Shown: positions 47,704 to 60,384 of the stretch, one piece after another | Numbering within the stretch: position 1 is the first letter of the stretch | How the letters are laid out: each line of letters begins with the position of its first letter | NCBI GenBank assembly: GCA_032718475.1 | Contig: JAUCBJ010008523.1 | Coordinates: forward strand, 5,946-69,945 | From: Nemertoderma westbladi | Lineage: Eukaryota > Animalia > Xenacoelomorpha | Direction of reading: 5' to 3' | DNA: 64,000 nt | Position numbers and translations under genes: made by a program | Notes under the pieces: model-generated | Databases searched by the model: none | Seen by the model: only the letters and a program-made list of their open reading frames with translations | Told to the model about the DNA's origin: nothing

Positions 47704-49811
47704 CTACTACTACTACTACTACTAGGTCGAGCGAACTTGGACAGTGGAAATGAGATCCTTCCAGGCTTCCCGATTCTCCATAGTTGTCGCAATTTCGTTT
47801 CTCCCAAGTTCAGTATCCCTTTCAAGTTGATCTATATATGTTATGGCTGGTCGTCACGAATACGCTTTCCATGAGTTGGTTGCCAGAGAAGTAGATCTGG
47901 TATGACCTCGTCTTTACTTCGCCAGCAGTGCCCACTGAATCTTAATCTGCGTTCACGGAGGGTGGTTGATACAGGTGGTATTGTACCATAAAGCTCGGCG
48001 TTTGTCATGTGTTGTCTCCAGCTGATGTTTAGGGCTGCCCTTAGTAGTCTTGTGTAGCAACCATTGATTCGTTGTTCAAGTGATTTAGTCAGTGTCCAGG
48101 TCTCACCCCCGTATAAAAATACACTTTCAACTGTGGCTCGAAATAACTTTCAAAAATAAAGAAGAACATTTTCAGATGGTATCCATTTTTGATAGAGCTA
48201 CCCAAGCCTTTGCTTTCCTAACTTCTATGTCCTTTTTGCTACTCTCTATCCATGATCCAAGGTTCTGGAAGTCGTCAACCATCCTTAGTTGATTATTGTC
48301 AATGGTTGTCAAGTTTCCATCAACATTAAAGGTCATGAATTCGGTCTTGGTAGCATTTATATGCAATCCAACCTCCTTTGCAGCCGTCTTCACTTTATTT
48401 AGTAGAAGCTGTGCATCTGCTAGGGTATTAGAGAGCAGGGCGATGTCATCCGCAAAGTCGGTGCCTGTGACTGTAGTTGCCGGATATCTACTACTTCTGC
48501 GTTGTTGAAGTGTGAATCCCAGGTCTTCACCCTTTGTGGCTGTCCTCATTGCGTAATCCAGCACAATTACAAATAGTAATGGTGCTAATGTGTCACCTTG
48601 CAGTACCCCAGCCAGGATTGAGAAAAACTCTGTTTCACCATCTGGTGAGAGTACCTGCGCTTCTGTGTCACAATATAACAATCCAATGCCAGCAACAATT
48701 ACCTCTGGTATTCCATAAGCTCTTAGGATTTCAAGCATTTTGCCTCTATGGATGGAGTCGAATGCCTTCTTGAAGTCCACAAAAGTCATGACTGCGGGGA
48801 GGTTCTTTGAATTAATTCCTTCAATCAGTCTCCGTAGTGCAACTATCTGAGCTATTGTTGATCTCCTTGGTTGAAATCCGTTTTGGCTCTTACGCAGTAG
48901 TTTCTCAATGTGAGGCCTAATCCTATATAGAATCATTTTATTGTATATTTTAGCAGCTACCACAAGCATACAGATCCCACGATAGTTTGTTGGTATACCG
49001 AGGTCTCCTTTCTTGGGGAGAGGCTGTTGACCTTTAGTCCAAATTGGTGGTGGCTTTTCCCCTTTTAAGGGGGGGGGGGGGGGGGGGGGGGGAGTACACC
49101 ATTTTGGTCCAAATATGTCGAAATTTTTTTTATGGTCTATTACAATGCACGACTAAATGGTGTTTCAAAATCTGAAAATCGCTATTTAATAGTTCTTTTA
49201 GTTTTCAAGTTATAACAATTTCCATTTAGGGAACCCTATTGAAATTACTTTTTCTATGTATAATGCAAGGTCGATTATCTCCAAATATTTTTTTTATGAA
49301 ATTGTCAACTTCAAAACCCTACTACTTCTACAATTTTTGAGTAATTAGTCTGAAACTTTCTGTGGGTGTCTACATAGCCACCCTGCATAAAAGTATCAGA
49401 CAACTTTTCGAAATTTTTTCTTAATAAAATTTAATACTACTTATTACAAACCTAAAAATTTAGCATACATTTGCAGCGCCACCTAGCGATGCAGAATTAT
49501 TTTCAGAAAATTTTGCCTGATAGTTATGTTGCCCCATCTTTGGTCTATCATATAAAAAAACTTTCATGTGATTAGATTCAAAACTGTAAAAGCCTTAGGG
49601 TTTTAAGCGCAACCAAGTTTTTTTTACTGTTAACTAGTATAAACTAATATTAAATAGCGAAAAAAAAATTTTCTGACCTGTCATCTAGAATATTAGGCAC
49701 CTATATGCCAAATTTTAGCCAAAACCAAACAATTTTGAAACGCGGAGAGTGATAAATCAAAGAGTTGTCCAAAAATGGTATACCCCCCCCCCCCCCCCCC
49801 CTTAACATTGG
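47704..49811 (-). mobile_element. 5'-truncated RTE-clade LINE (RT domain)
   Basis: ORF 48172-48969 has QNGF..RST, FVDFKKAFDSI, GVLQGDTLAP and DFADD, with a (TAG)n 3' tail at 47704-47723. The 13-bp TSD is TCCTT(A/G)CTCTATA at 47691-47703 and 49812-49824. Confidence 0.93.
49069..49801. mobile_element. TTAA-targeting MITE (Kolobok-like, GG...CC termini) nested in the RTE
   Basis: TTAA at 49065-49068 and 49802-49805. TIRs are G(n)AGTACACCATTTTGG and CCAAAAATGGTATAC(n). Confidence 0.8.
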
Positions 49812-52292
49812 TCCTTGCTCTATAGCCCACAGCAACAATGCTCTAGTGTCCATGTAAGGTGTAGGCAATCGGTCCTCCTCCTCAGGCATCCCAGCGAAGT
49901 CGCTAATGAGATCTTCCAATACACCGGATCCGATATTAACGATGCTCTTGTCGAGTACGACGTCGCGCACCGCCTTGGGTAACATTATAGCCTCTATGTT
50001 ACAAGCTAGCTCCATGGATTTTACTATCCGCTTTATAATGGTGTGTCATTGTATCATCCCCTCCGGCATCAGCATCTTACGGTTGCTCTGCTGTTGGCTG
50101 TAGACATGTAGCACTCCATCTGGCGCTCAAATTTGAATGGTTTTCGAAGTGAGGATCTGCTGGTGGCTCCCTCCTTCATTGCCGTAGAACATGTATCTGT
50201 TCCTTCGCAGAGATCGACTCGTCGTGTCCCATTCGTCGAGTAAATCGTCAGTAGGGTTCCATATCCTTCCGATGGATTTCTTGTCATCGAGGCTAATAGG
50301 TTTCCCCATCCAATTGGTCGCGATGTCGGTGTCGGTCTCAAACGTGCCGACTCCGATCCATAATCGAATCGTCCGTGTAAGATATCCTCGTAGGATTCAA
50401 GGTGCGATATCCGTCCCCACACGATCAAGTTCCTTAAAGTCAGTTATATATGGAGGCATGTTGCGTACGATTTTCTGGACTATTACTCTAAGCAACTCCG
50501 CAGCCTCTAACACATTGCTAGACGTTACCGATGGGAGGAAATCCAGGTTCGATATGATCTCCGGAAGCTCCACTATAGGGATCTCGTAGGTCGTATCCTC
50601 TCTAATCGGTATGCTAATAGGAAAGTTGGTTGTCCTCGCGACCGGCACTACCACTTGGGTAGATTAGGGTTGAGGTTCTCACACATCATCTCGACATGAG
50701 GTATCTGTAGTCTTTGCGACAAACTTTGAGCGAAGGTAATGCTATTGAAGAGTTCAGGTGCCATCTCCTTGGTTCGGTTTGATCTAGGGATATCCAATAG
50801 AATGGTAGGCTCATGAGCCTTCCACTGTACTCCTCGATCTCGCTTTTCTCGTATGCCTTGTACGCCTTATATAGGCTAAGAGCTTTCCTCTTCACCTGTG
50901 TCGACTTGTTGGACTCGTCTATTATCATACTGTAGACGTCCGGTACAACTGGTTAGGGTTTGTAAATCACGATTTCGCCCACATTCGGTCCGCTCATCTT
51001 GAACGAGTGATACGGATTCGTCAAAGGGTATCTGCCTTCCTGATAATGCAGACTCTGATGGTTTGGACATTGGGCTAATATCTGATCGGGGTTCTCCAGG
51101 TTCAAGCGCATAGGGATTGTGTTGTCTTGCGCACGCATACATCCTCCACAATTATAGAAGAGTTTATAAATGGAGAATGCTTCCTTAGTCTCCGGATCTG
51201 CTCCTCGAGCGCGTCTGTACTGGTGCATCCCGTCGAAGTCGTCCCTGGCTGCAGGCATGGGCTCACACGCCGTCTGATATTGCAGCATGTGGTATAATCG
51301 ACATATATCTGTGTCGGGGTCCTTGCAGATGTCGCTGGCATCACACAACGCATCGTAGGGGTATTACGCGTTAAACTCTGTGCATAACTCCTCCGTTCTC
51401 TTGTTGTAAGCGTTTAGTCACTGTCGCATAACGCTTGGATCTGCCTTCGGCTTTGCGAGCTTGGCCATACTCCTTGCCATGCTCTCAACTCTGAACATGC
51501 TAAAATTCTTGGCACCATAACGGTTGAACGGTGCCTGGTGCTCTTGTTCTTGCGTGAATCCCTGTCATTGCTCCTTGTGGATCCTCTCTGACATTGTACG
51601 CATATATATTGATTACATATTGTTACGTTTATCTATACCATTGCGTTCTACTAGAGGAAGCACAAACAGAGGTTAGAGGTAATGAGACTTAGTGTTTTGT
51701 CGACTTTTGGCTCAACTTTGCTCTAAACCCCTTCCCATTTGACTAAGATTTAGGGTTCCACGTAATTTCGCACTGGCTCCTAATCAAAAAAAATGTGCAA
51801 AATGAACGATTTCGGGTAAACTAGCCGTCAGTCTAAATACTCACTTTTTATTCCCAAACTACTTCCCAAAATATAAAGCAGTCGAGGATTAGTCAGAGTA
51901 AAATATAATATTAGACACGACTATCAGAACAAGGCTGATTTTTATTTTTCAAAAAATATTGGAAGGCTCGCAAGCCTTCCATCCATCCGCTCTTGCCCCC
52001 CCTAATTTTGGTCTCATCCGACCATATCCTAGAATCCGTCCACTGGAGAATCGTTTTTCTTAAAATTCGAAATCCAAATGGATTATCTAAAATTTTTTGA
52101 AAATTGTCTCACTTGTGTGTTCCAAGTGGAATTCCATTCCTTCTGTACACACAAACCCGCTCCTATGTGATACATAAGGGTACTACCCTCAATGTTCACA
52201 TATAAAGACAATGGAATTCCACCATTGTCTTTAACCTACAGTGTACAGGAGTATGGTAGGACTATGTGGCAACCATCAAGGGTCCCACATCA

Positions 52293-55200
52293 CTACTTAC
52301 GAAGTTTATGTGGAGATTTATAATCTCCCGTCTCGTTTCTAGTCTCCTCAAGGAGTACGACACGTTGTAAGGGTCTGTCTACAGTACGTCCATCAATTGT
52401 CCGTACAGCCACAGTCCGTATTACACCACCAGATGTTGGGTGTGTGGTCAAAATAACTCCAGTCAACCAAAACCGTCTCTTCAAGTTAGTCTCTGCCAAT
52501 ATTACGTGATCACCATGCTTCAGAGAATGGGTAGTAAGATACAAGGTGGTCCTGGCTGAAATATAGGGCAAATAGTGCTTCTGCCATACTTCCCAAAACT
52601 TATTGGCTAACAACTGAGTGATTTTACAAGCTTTGTTGCCATAACTGTCGCTGTCTATGGGTACAGAAGTGGGCAACAGTGTTGTCGGCGCCTGCATAAG
52701 CAGGTGTGCTGGTGTCAAGGCAAACTGAGATTTTTTGTCATCTGGAATCAAAGCGATGGGTAGTATTTAGTACCGCTTCGATTTCTATCAACAACGTAGT
52801 CAGTTAGTCGTCTATTAGTATGAATTGCGTAGGTATTACTTTCGCCATTGCTGTTTTGATGGAGCCAATCAATGCCAAACTCCGACTCTCCACGGACTGT
52901 CGGAAGGGTTGAAGTTCCAGACTATCTTGTGGGGATGTAGTTCGTCGGAGATTTGATTGTGGTCCAACTTCTGTAAGGCTCTGGAGAATTCGTTCCTCAC
53001 ACCCACAAAGTTGGTCCCTTGGTTGCAGTGTATGGATTTGACCAATCCGTGTCTAGCGATAAATTGCCGTAAAGCTAGGATAAAAGTGTTGGTGGTTTGA
53101 TCTGTTACGCATTCAATATGAACTGCTCTACTGGCCATGCAGGTAAAGATCAGTCCCCAATGTTTCACCTGTAAGCGTCCACGTTTTGCATTTATAGGTC
53201 CAAAACAGTCAATCCCCATCTCGGTAAATGGGGGTCTAAACACCTGTAGTCTAGCTAGTGGTCATTCACTGATTGAACGTAGTGTGATACCTGTATTTAC
53301 ATTTTGATGGGCACAACCCATATTTGTAATACCTGTAGCGTAGCCACACTGTTGTCGTGGTGACTCAAAGAAGTCAAAGACGGTAAGTTGGTAATACCTA
53401 ATGGGTTAATACTAGTCCGCTCCAATGGGGTAATTACAGAGTTGTAGTACATGTCATTACATTCTGGTAGAATGTCTGGTGAATGGTCTGGAGACAGTCT
53501 GGTGAGATGTCTGGTGAAACACATCACGGAACATCTGGCAAAATACTCTGTTGTATGTCCAAGAGAAAGTATGGCATAACGTCTGGCAGAATGTCTGATC
53601 TAAAATCTGGTTGACAGTCTGGCGAGATGTCTGGTAGAAAGTCCAGTTGACAGTCTGGCGAGATATCTGGTCGAAAGTCTGGAGATAAATCCAGCGAAAT
53701 GTCTTGTGGAAAATCTGGTGAGATGTCTGGTAGACAATCGATCGAAAGGTCCAGAAAACAGTCTGGCAAAGAATTTGGCGAATAATCTGGTGGACAGTCT
53801 GGCGAACAATCTGGCGAAAGGTCTGGTAAACAATCTGGTGAAACGTCTGGTGAACAATCTGGTGAAACGTCTGGTGAAATCCGCTGCAGAACATCCGGCG
53901 AAAGATTTGTTGGAACGTCTGGGAGAATGTCTGGTGAGACGTCTGGTGTAATGTCTGGTGGAGTGTCCAGGTTATTAGATTTTACTCGTCCTTGTTTCCT
54001 TTTGGCCTTCGTGCTGGCCTTTGCTTTCGACTTGACTACAGTATCGATTTTTATGTCGGCACCTCATGGTATGGTGTTCGATGTTGCGTCGAATAGCAGC
54101 AGCCATTCATCCAATGGTCGTTGTAGGAAGTCTGGTCCTTTAAACCAGAAGGACTTATTGTCTGGTTTACAAAGGTCTATGGGTAACATTCCCCGATGTC
54201 AGCCAGGTTCAGCTTCCCTGGGCAGTGACGCCAGTCCTGTTTGAGCAACCTGTCTAGTATTTCAACCCGTCTGTTGGCCACGAAAGTCTTGAACTGAAAC
54301 GTCTCATTGTTGATATACCAAAGCACCAATGATTCGTCAGTCCAGTATGTGACTTTCAAGTTGGCCTCCAGCTCGCGTTGGACTAGACTGACGATGTCGG
54401 TAGATATCGTCCCGGCTTGAAGCTCTCCCCGAGGCAATGTCATATACTTCAGAGGCATTGTCTTAGCCGTTGAGGTAACGAAAGATACCTCGTAACTGTT
54501 CGATGTCACTTGTCTACGTAGGTATAAGGTAACCCCCAGCCCGTCCTTGCTAACATCACTGAAGCTGTGAAGCTCCAGATCTGCAGGAAAGGTGGCCTGT
54601 AAGGGAAAGTATACCCTCGGGAAGGTATAGTCTTATAGGTTTTGTGCCTCCCAGTCCCTCCATTGCTCAGCTAGCTTTTCCGGGATGGGATCATCCCATT
54701 CCAGTCTGGCCTGCCAATTGCTGCGGAGTATGATCCTTGCGTGTAGGATCACTGGACTGATAAAGCACAGTGGGTCATACAAACGACTCATGGTCGATAA
54801 GCAGGTCCTCTTTTTGAGAGGTCTCGTCTGGTCGTTGATCCTTACGCGCACCCTAAAGTTGTCGGTGTTTGGGTCCCAACTGAGTCCTAGGACTTTGGTC
54901 GTAGGCAGAGGTTCTAGGTTTAGATCTAGGTCACCCCCATTCTGGTCAGTAGGGTCAAATAAATTCACTAGGTCGGAGTTATTGGGGGCGAATTTGGTGA
55001 GGTGAAAGCCACCCTTGGCGAGACAGTCCTGGAGTTGGTGTGCCATGGTTGTAGCATGCTCCAGAGTGTCGCAGCTCTTGAGGCCATCATCCACATAGAA
55101 ATCCCGCTCCACTGTTCGAACCACATCTGGGTCTAACTTGTCGCGTCAGTATAAAGCTGTCTGCTTTAGGGCATACATGGTACAGTTGGGGCTGTGCCGG

Positions 55201-57766
55201 GCCCCGAAAACTCTTACCTGCATTTGGTAAGTTTCTGGCGGAAGGTTTCAATTTCCGTCTGGGTACCAAAGAAACCTCAAACTGTCCCTTTCCCACTCCA
55301 AAGCCTTAAGCTGGTGAAAAATGGCCTCTACGTCACAGGTGAAGGCCATCTTGCATTGTCTGAAACGCATTAGGACTACCATGAGGTAATTGTTCATATT
55401 TGGCCCATCCATCAACTCGCTGTTCATGGACATCCCCTGGTAAAGCGCGGTGCAGTCGTTTATGACTCATACCTTACCAGGTTTGTCCGGATGCCGTACA
55501 AAATGATGTGGCAGGTAATATGTTTAGTCTGTTGTTACCTCAGGGTTTGTCATCCTGATTGTGTATCCCTTTTGGAGATACGTCTGAAGCTGCACGTTGT
55601 CTGCGAATATGCAGAGTCCAAGATAGTGTATATGTGCTTCTCCCTCGTATTCCGGTGATCTTAATAGGAATTACGCTAAACCCTTTTAGCTGATTCTGTG
55701 TAAGGAGAGTTACAGATGGCTGTTCTTCCTCACCCGCATGCATGTAAAAGGTTTCGTCCTCTGAGTCGTCTTCGTCCAACGTTCCTGATTGGTCCATGTA
55801 GTCCGTGTAGAAGGTAAGGACTTCATGCGGTGCGCGCTCTTTATCAAGCGTGTTGCATTTCGCCACTTTATCAGGATATTCGTGTCAAAAACGCTTAGTC
55901 AGAGAATGGCTATTTGTGGGGAGCAACGCATCATGGTTGCATCCGCACAGAGGACAAGTGTCGTCACCCAGACAGTCCTTCAGGACATGTCCAGGCATGG
56001 TACATCTCCAACAAGAATCCAACGGACGGATCTGGAACCTTCTCTCCTCCACTCCTAGATCCTTGAAGGCGCGACATCCGCGCAACTATGTCCGCTGTAT
56101 TGTCTACCGTTCCGCTCACAGAACTAGCATCCAACAAATTCTGCCGACAACTGCTGGCGCGGCTGTTTGGTGCCAATAGGTGTCAGAACTTTAGAGGTAT
56201 CCGTCGGTGTAGCATAAGTCATGGCTTTCGCATTCGTCGGAAGTTGTTTGGTCCGATTTGGTGCTGCTATTGTGATCCCTTCTGACGCTATGTGATGGTA
56301 GTTCGACCGCATCTCTACTACGGCCTCCCATGAGATCAATTGGTAGATATCCGTTAATTTCAGCAGTCCACCAGCATCTTCACGCTGGTACTCTATCCTG
56401 TACCATTCTCAGCGCAACCGATGGTGGAGTCGGCCGATAATTCGGATTAGAACCATCGGCGCGTTGGCGTATTCGAGTTGACCGATGGACCACAAAGTCC
56501 CTATAGCGTTCTTAATCTCATCTACCAATCGTAGAATATTGATGGGTTTTGAGATGGGTCTGCCTCTACAGAGGTCTTCTATAATAGATTTAGTCATAGC
56601 GACGTTACCACCATATATGGAAAATAAATGGGTGTACGCTAGCTCGAAAGCGTTTGGAACACCAATTTAGGTCTCCACTAACCTCTTTGGTTCACCTGAT
56701 AATACCTGAAGCAGATAGTTAAACTTCTCCGTCGAGGTGAAGGCATACATAGCGATCTGAGACTCTACTACATAGTCTACCAGTACGCCAGTGTTTCGCG
56801 TTGCCAGAGAACTTCGGCGGTTGTTGTCGTGGTAATCTGGGTCTGGCCGCAAATTTAGCAATCTCGTTAACTATGTCTATTAGTCCGTATCCTTGTCCGG
56901 CAATATCGTTCAGTTGCTCTTGTTCGCGCATCGAGCTGAGCCAACCGCTCTGCCATCTCAGTGAACTGTCTAGCACTAATCACCTCTGCCGGTTGCGGCG
57001 TGGGTTTCTGAACAGGTGTTTCTGATGGAGGGTTGTCAATGTACGGGTTCGTCGATATTTCCTCCCGCTTGTAATCGCCTGCTGATCCAGTATGGAATAT
57101 ATCCTATTCTGTCGACTCCATATCGCTAGATGAATCGCTGTCGTCAGGATACGGTGGTTGGTGGGTTCGCGTTCGTGTATTATTCTAGTTGGCCACGTTC
57201 GTTTGGGTTCGGCGTCCACTGTTCTTCATCATTCTTCTTCATCATCCGACTTAAACTGAATGAGACTTTCCCTTGCATTTACCAGTTTATCTATTATCTT
57301 TACATGATTTAAGTCGTTGCACGCAACTCTGCGAGTTCGTGTAAACCTTTGAGTTTATCTACGGAGGCATGTACCCTACTTTCTACTCTTACCTGCAGGG
57401 TGTAGAACTCATATCTCGACATCGGGGTGGTTAACTCGCATACGATGCGAAAACCTTCTCCGATATTTCGAGTTATATGAGCCATGTGTCCTCCTATACT
57501 CCTAATAACGTTCTCCTGGCTCCCAGTCGAACTTACCATGTCTGGTTCCCACAATCTGGTTTGCGGGACTGTAAGGAAGTCTTCAGTTCTACAATTGCCA
57601 CGCGCTACGGCTTCCGGTATTTCCATTGGTGGTCCGGTGACGCACGCGGTGTGACATCGGTAGAATCGCGAGTCCTCCTTCTTGGGCCGTCTACTGTCGA
57701 TCTGTCTGCGTCACATGAGTCATAGTCGGTAGGTGAGTGTCTAGTTGAGTATGGTGTATCACTCAT
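52293..57766 (-). mobile_element. BEL/Pao LTR retrotransposon gag-pol, pseudogenised
   Basis: Gag: PPKFSGN, EKFNYL..LSGEPK, CWRCTMPGHVLKDC..CPLCGCNH. RT: YLPHH, GPN, LMRFR..DVEAIFHQL, FYVDD, KVLGLSWD, YDPL. RNase H: FSD, LPRGEL, YWTD, FVANR. Integrase: PFTEMGIDCFGP, IFTCMASRAVHIE, QGTNFVG, FWEVWQKHYL. Many stops, frameshifts and deletions. Confidence 0.96.
53455..53965 (-). repeat. Degenerate 12-bp repeat encoding (S/L-P-D-x)n in frame within Pol
   Basis: TCTGG recurs every 12 bp. The Pol frame reads ..GPDFLQRP..TPPDITPDVSPDILPDV..ISPDVSPDCSPDVSPDCLPDLSPD.. Confidence 0.85.
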
Positions 57767-59120
57767 GTCTGTATTACACACGTCGAATACAGGTAATAAA
57801 TGTCAAAATGTCGAAATGTCAAAAATGTTAAACTTACCTTGGTATATATGTATACTATATATACCCTAACCGGTACAAATAAAATCAAAAGGTATATAAT
57901 AAAATAATAATAATTCAGCCTACTGGCTAAATCTGTACAAATAAGGGAGATAGCGGTATACGCTACCAAAATATAGATCAACAAGTACAAATAATAGGCA
58001 AAACAGCAACTACTAGGGGAAAATATGTAGTAACAAATGCATAAATTAGACAGTGGAACCCACAAATTTTGAGTAATACTGTGCTCTAAGTTTAAACAAC
58101 ATGAGTCGTAAAACTTACGTTCATTTGATCTTCCAGTCGTACAGATCCCCAGATACAAACCGGATGAGAACTGTTCCGTTTCCAGGATCGCGGATGAATC
58201 TTTTTACCTCCCAATCTTGCTAAAAACTGCCTGATCCTCGACGCGGTCCAGAAATGAGTCCTTGAGTCCTGAAAAATCGAAGGTTTGAGTTTTACGGACT
58301 AATCTACAAAAAAATTTTTCCTAGGTACTGATACAAATTGGTCTTTAAACCTTGCGTACCTTTTCAAGTACCGAAAAAAGGTAACACCGCACACACACGG
58401 CCTAAGACAAAATAATTACAAACTAATTAGCTAGCTATAGCTAATCAAATACAATAAAAACTATGCTACAATTTTACTAATATTTAAAATTATGAACATA
58501 TCTCCTACTGTAAAGTGCACACGCACTTTACAGTGCGTACAAATGCTACTCTTACTAAATATTTAATAAGAGTATGTAAAGTCAAGTAGTATACCGCCTC
58601 CTACCGAATCCTAGTAACGAAATACCTTACTGTAGAATCCAGTAGTGTACACGGGTTAGTACAGTACCTGACAAGAAATCCCAGTCCAGGGTGTCTGAAT
58701 AAACAGATACCAAAGTACACAAACTACTACTGGCGAGGAACGGAGCCTGATGTCTCCTCTAATACTTAGGCGAATCAATTGCCCGGGCTAACTAGACAAA
58801 CAGGATGCCCGGCCTCTAACCGGTGAGGCAGATGTACAGTCTACAGATACAGACCAAACTCACGGGAAAACAATCCCCGCATAGCGAATCCTAACTATTG
58901 CTAATGGACCTAAATACTCTAAACTTGCTGCGGTGTGATTTATATGGGTTTAATACGAGCTAGCGGGTCAACAATACTAGTGCAAGAAACAATACTGCCT
59001 ACAGGAAAAGGCAGTCAAAAGGGTGCCCTGGTACATGAATAAACAAATACAAAATACCTCTACAAATAATAATAACCTATCTGTAAAATTAGTAAATCTC
59101 AAGACGCGTGTGTGTGTGTA

Positions 59121-60027
59121 TGTTACGATAAAACAATTTTGGTGTATCACTGTTAGACTAGGTCTTGGTGATTTTAACAAAATAACAATACCAATAATAA
59201 ACTAGTCGCACGCTGTAGGCGCTATACTTACAAACTGACGTCAAAAGGGCTCTCTCCTCCTATATTCACAACTCAGTCGGGCAATTACGGTGTTAGTAAC
59301 TACGCCTGAAACTCAGCACTGATACCAGATTCTGATTGTGAGATAAGGAAATAGGGTGTTAATTTACTACCGTAAGTCTAGCTGATCTGTTATGTAATTT
59401 GATTCTAGAATTTTGTTACCGCGGTGGTCTGCGGTAAATACCTATCGGTACATGGCAAGGGCGCGGTAGATTGTTAGTAAACCTCCCTCAGCCAAAATGC
59501 TTGCCAGTAGCAGAAAGCTGCCTCTTGCCTGAGCAAATACTTTGGATTCAGACAGGGCAGTCAAACTGCAAGGCCTACAGAGCTAACCCGTACTGTACCA
59601 CTAGTATGGAAAATCACCAAATTATAGAGTGTGCTATTTGCACCTTAGTGTACTTGCTCGTACTGACAAACAGCAACAGCTCGCACCTGTAGGAGATACC
59701 GGTTGACCCGGTTTTTTCCTGTCTGAATCTGAGGTATTTCGCCCTAAATTTTACAGCGTCCCAGGACGGCGTCACCTTCACCCTGATCTAAGGAACTTAC
59801 GGTGGGCAAAGGCGTCAAACATAGTCTTACCTCCTCTGGCATGGGCGTGTTCAGGCAATAAGGCATGCTTCCAAATGGGCGTGGGCGAAGATAGTGCGGG
59901 TTCCGTTATGCGTCGTGGACATCCCTTCCCCTTGCGTTGCTGTGGCCTAAAGGTTTAGGCAGCCATTCCCCAAAGCCTTTGGCTGTCCAAGGTAGATACC
60001 CTAAAAGCTACATGTTCTGAGTTTGCA
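59121..60027. mobile_element. LTR-like direct repeat, right copy
   Basis: Paralog of 43984-44835; it is also preceded by a (GT)n run. Confidence 0.65.
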
Positions 60028-60384
60028 GTATATTTTAACGTAAATGACAAAAGATTTATCGAATTTAGACCAAAACTTTACAAATTAACTATAATGCCAA
60101 GTAAGTTGTAAGTTATTCAAGACAAGACAAGGAAGGGCAAATGGCACCTTATATAGGAAATCCTAAGCATGGAAATTCACTAGAACATTCTACTACATTC
60201 TATGAGCTCACATTGGACCTATAAATCATCAAACGCCCTACGATTGGCCCAACTAATCTGTCCACGTGTAGTACGCACTCCATTGGCTTATCTAGTTTAG
60301 TGAAACCGAAAATAAATAGCACAAAATATAAATTTTACTGATCCAGATTCGAACTCTCGACCTACCTAGGATGTAACCTGCACC

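Larger units (their letters stand above)
45610..51594 (-). pseudogene. Decayed accessory ORF of the BEL/Pao element with a DEDDy (WRN/Mut-7/RNase D-like) 3'-5' exonuclease domain
   Basis: ATG at 51594 starts a chain of same-strand ORF pieces. Motifs: RYMFY(G)NEG (ExoI, GGC in place of GAC), TIQI*APDGVLHVY, LPKAVRDVVLDKSIVNIGSGVLEDL (ExoII) and PYMDT. The frame rejoins as AIEQG|YFREYNRLKTG once the RTE is removed. Confidence 0.7.
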
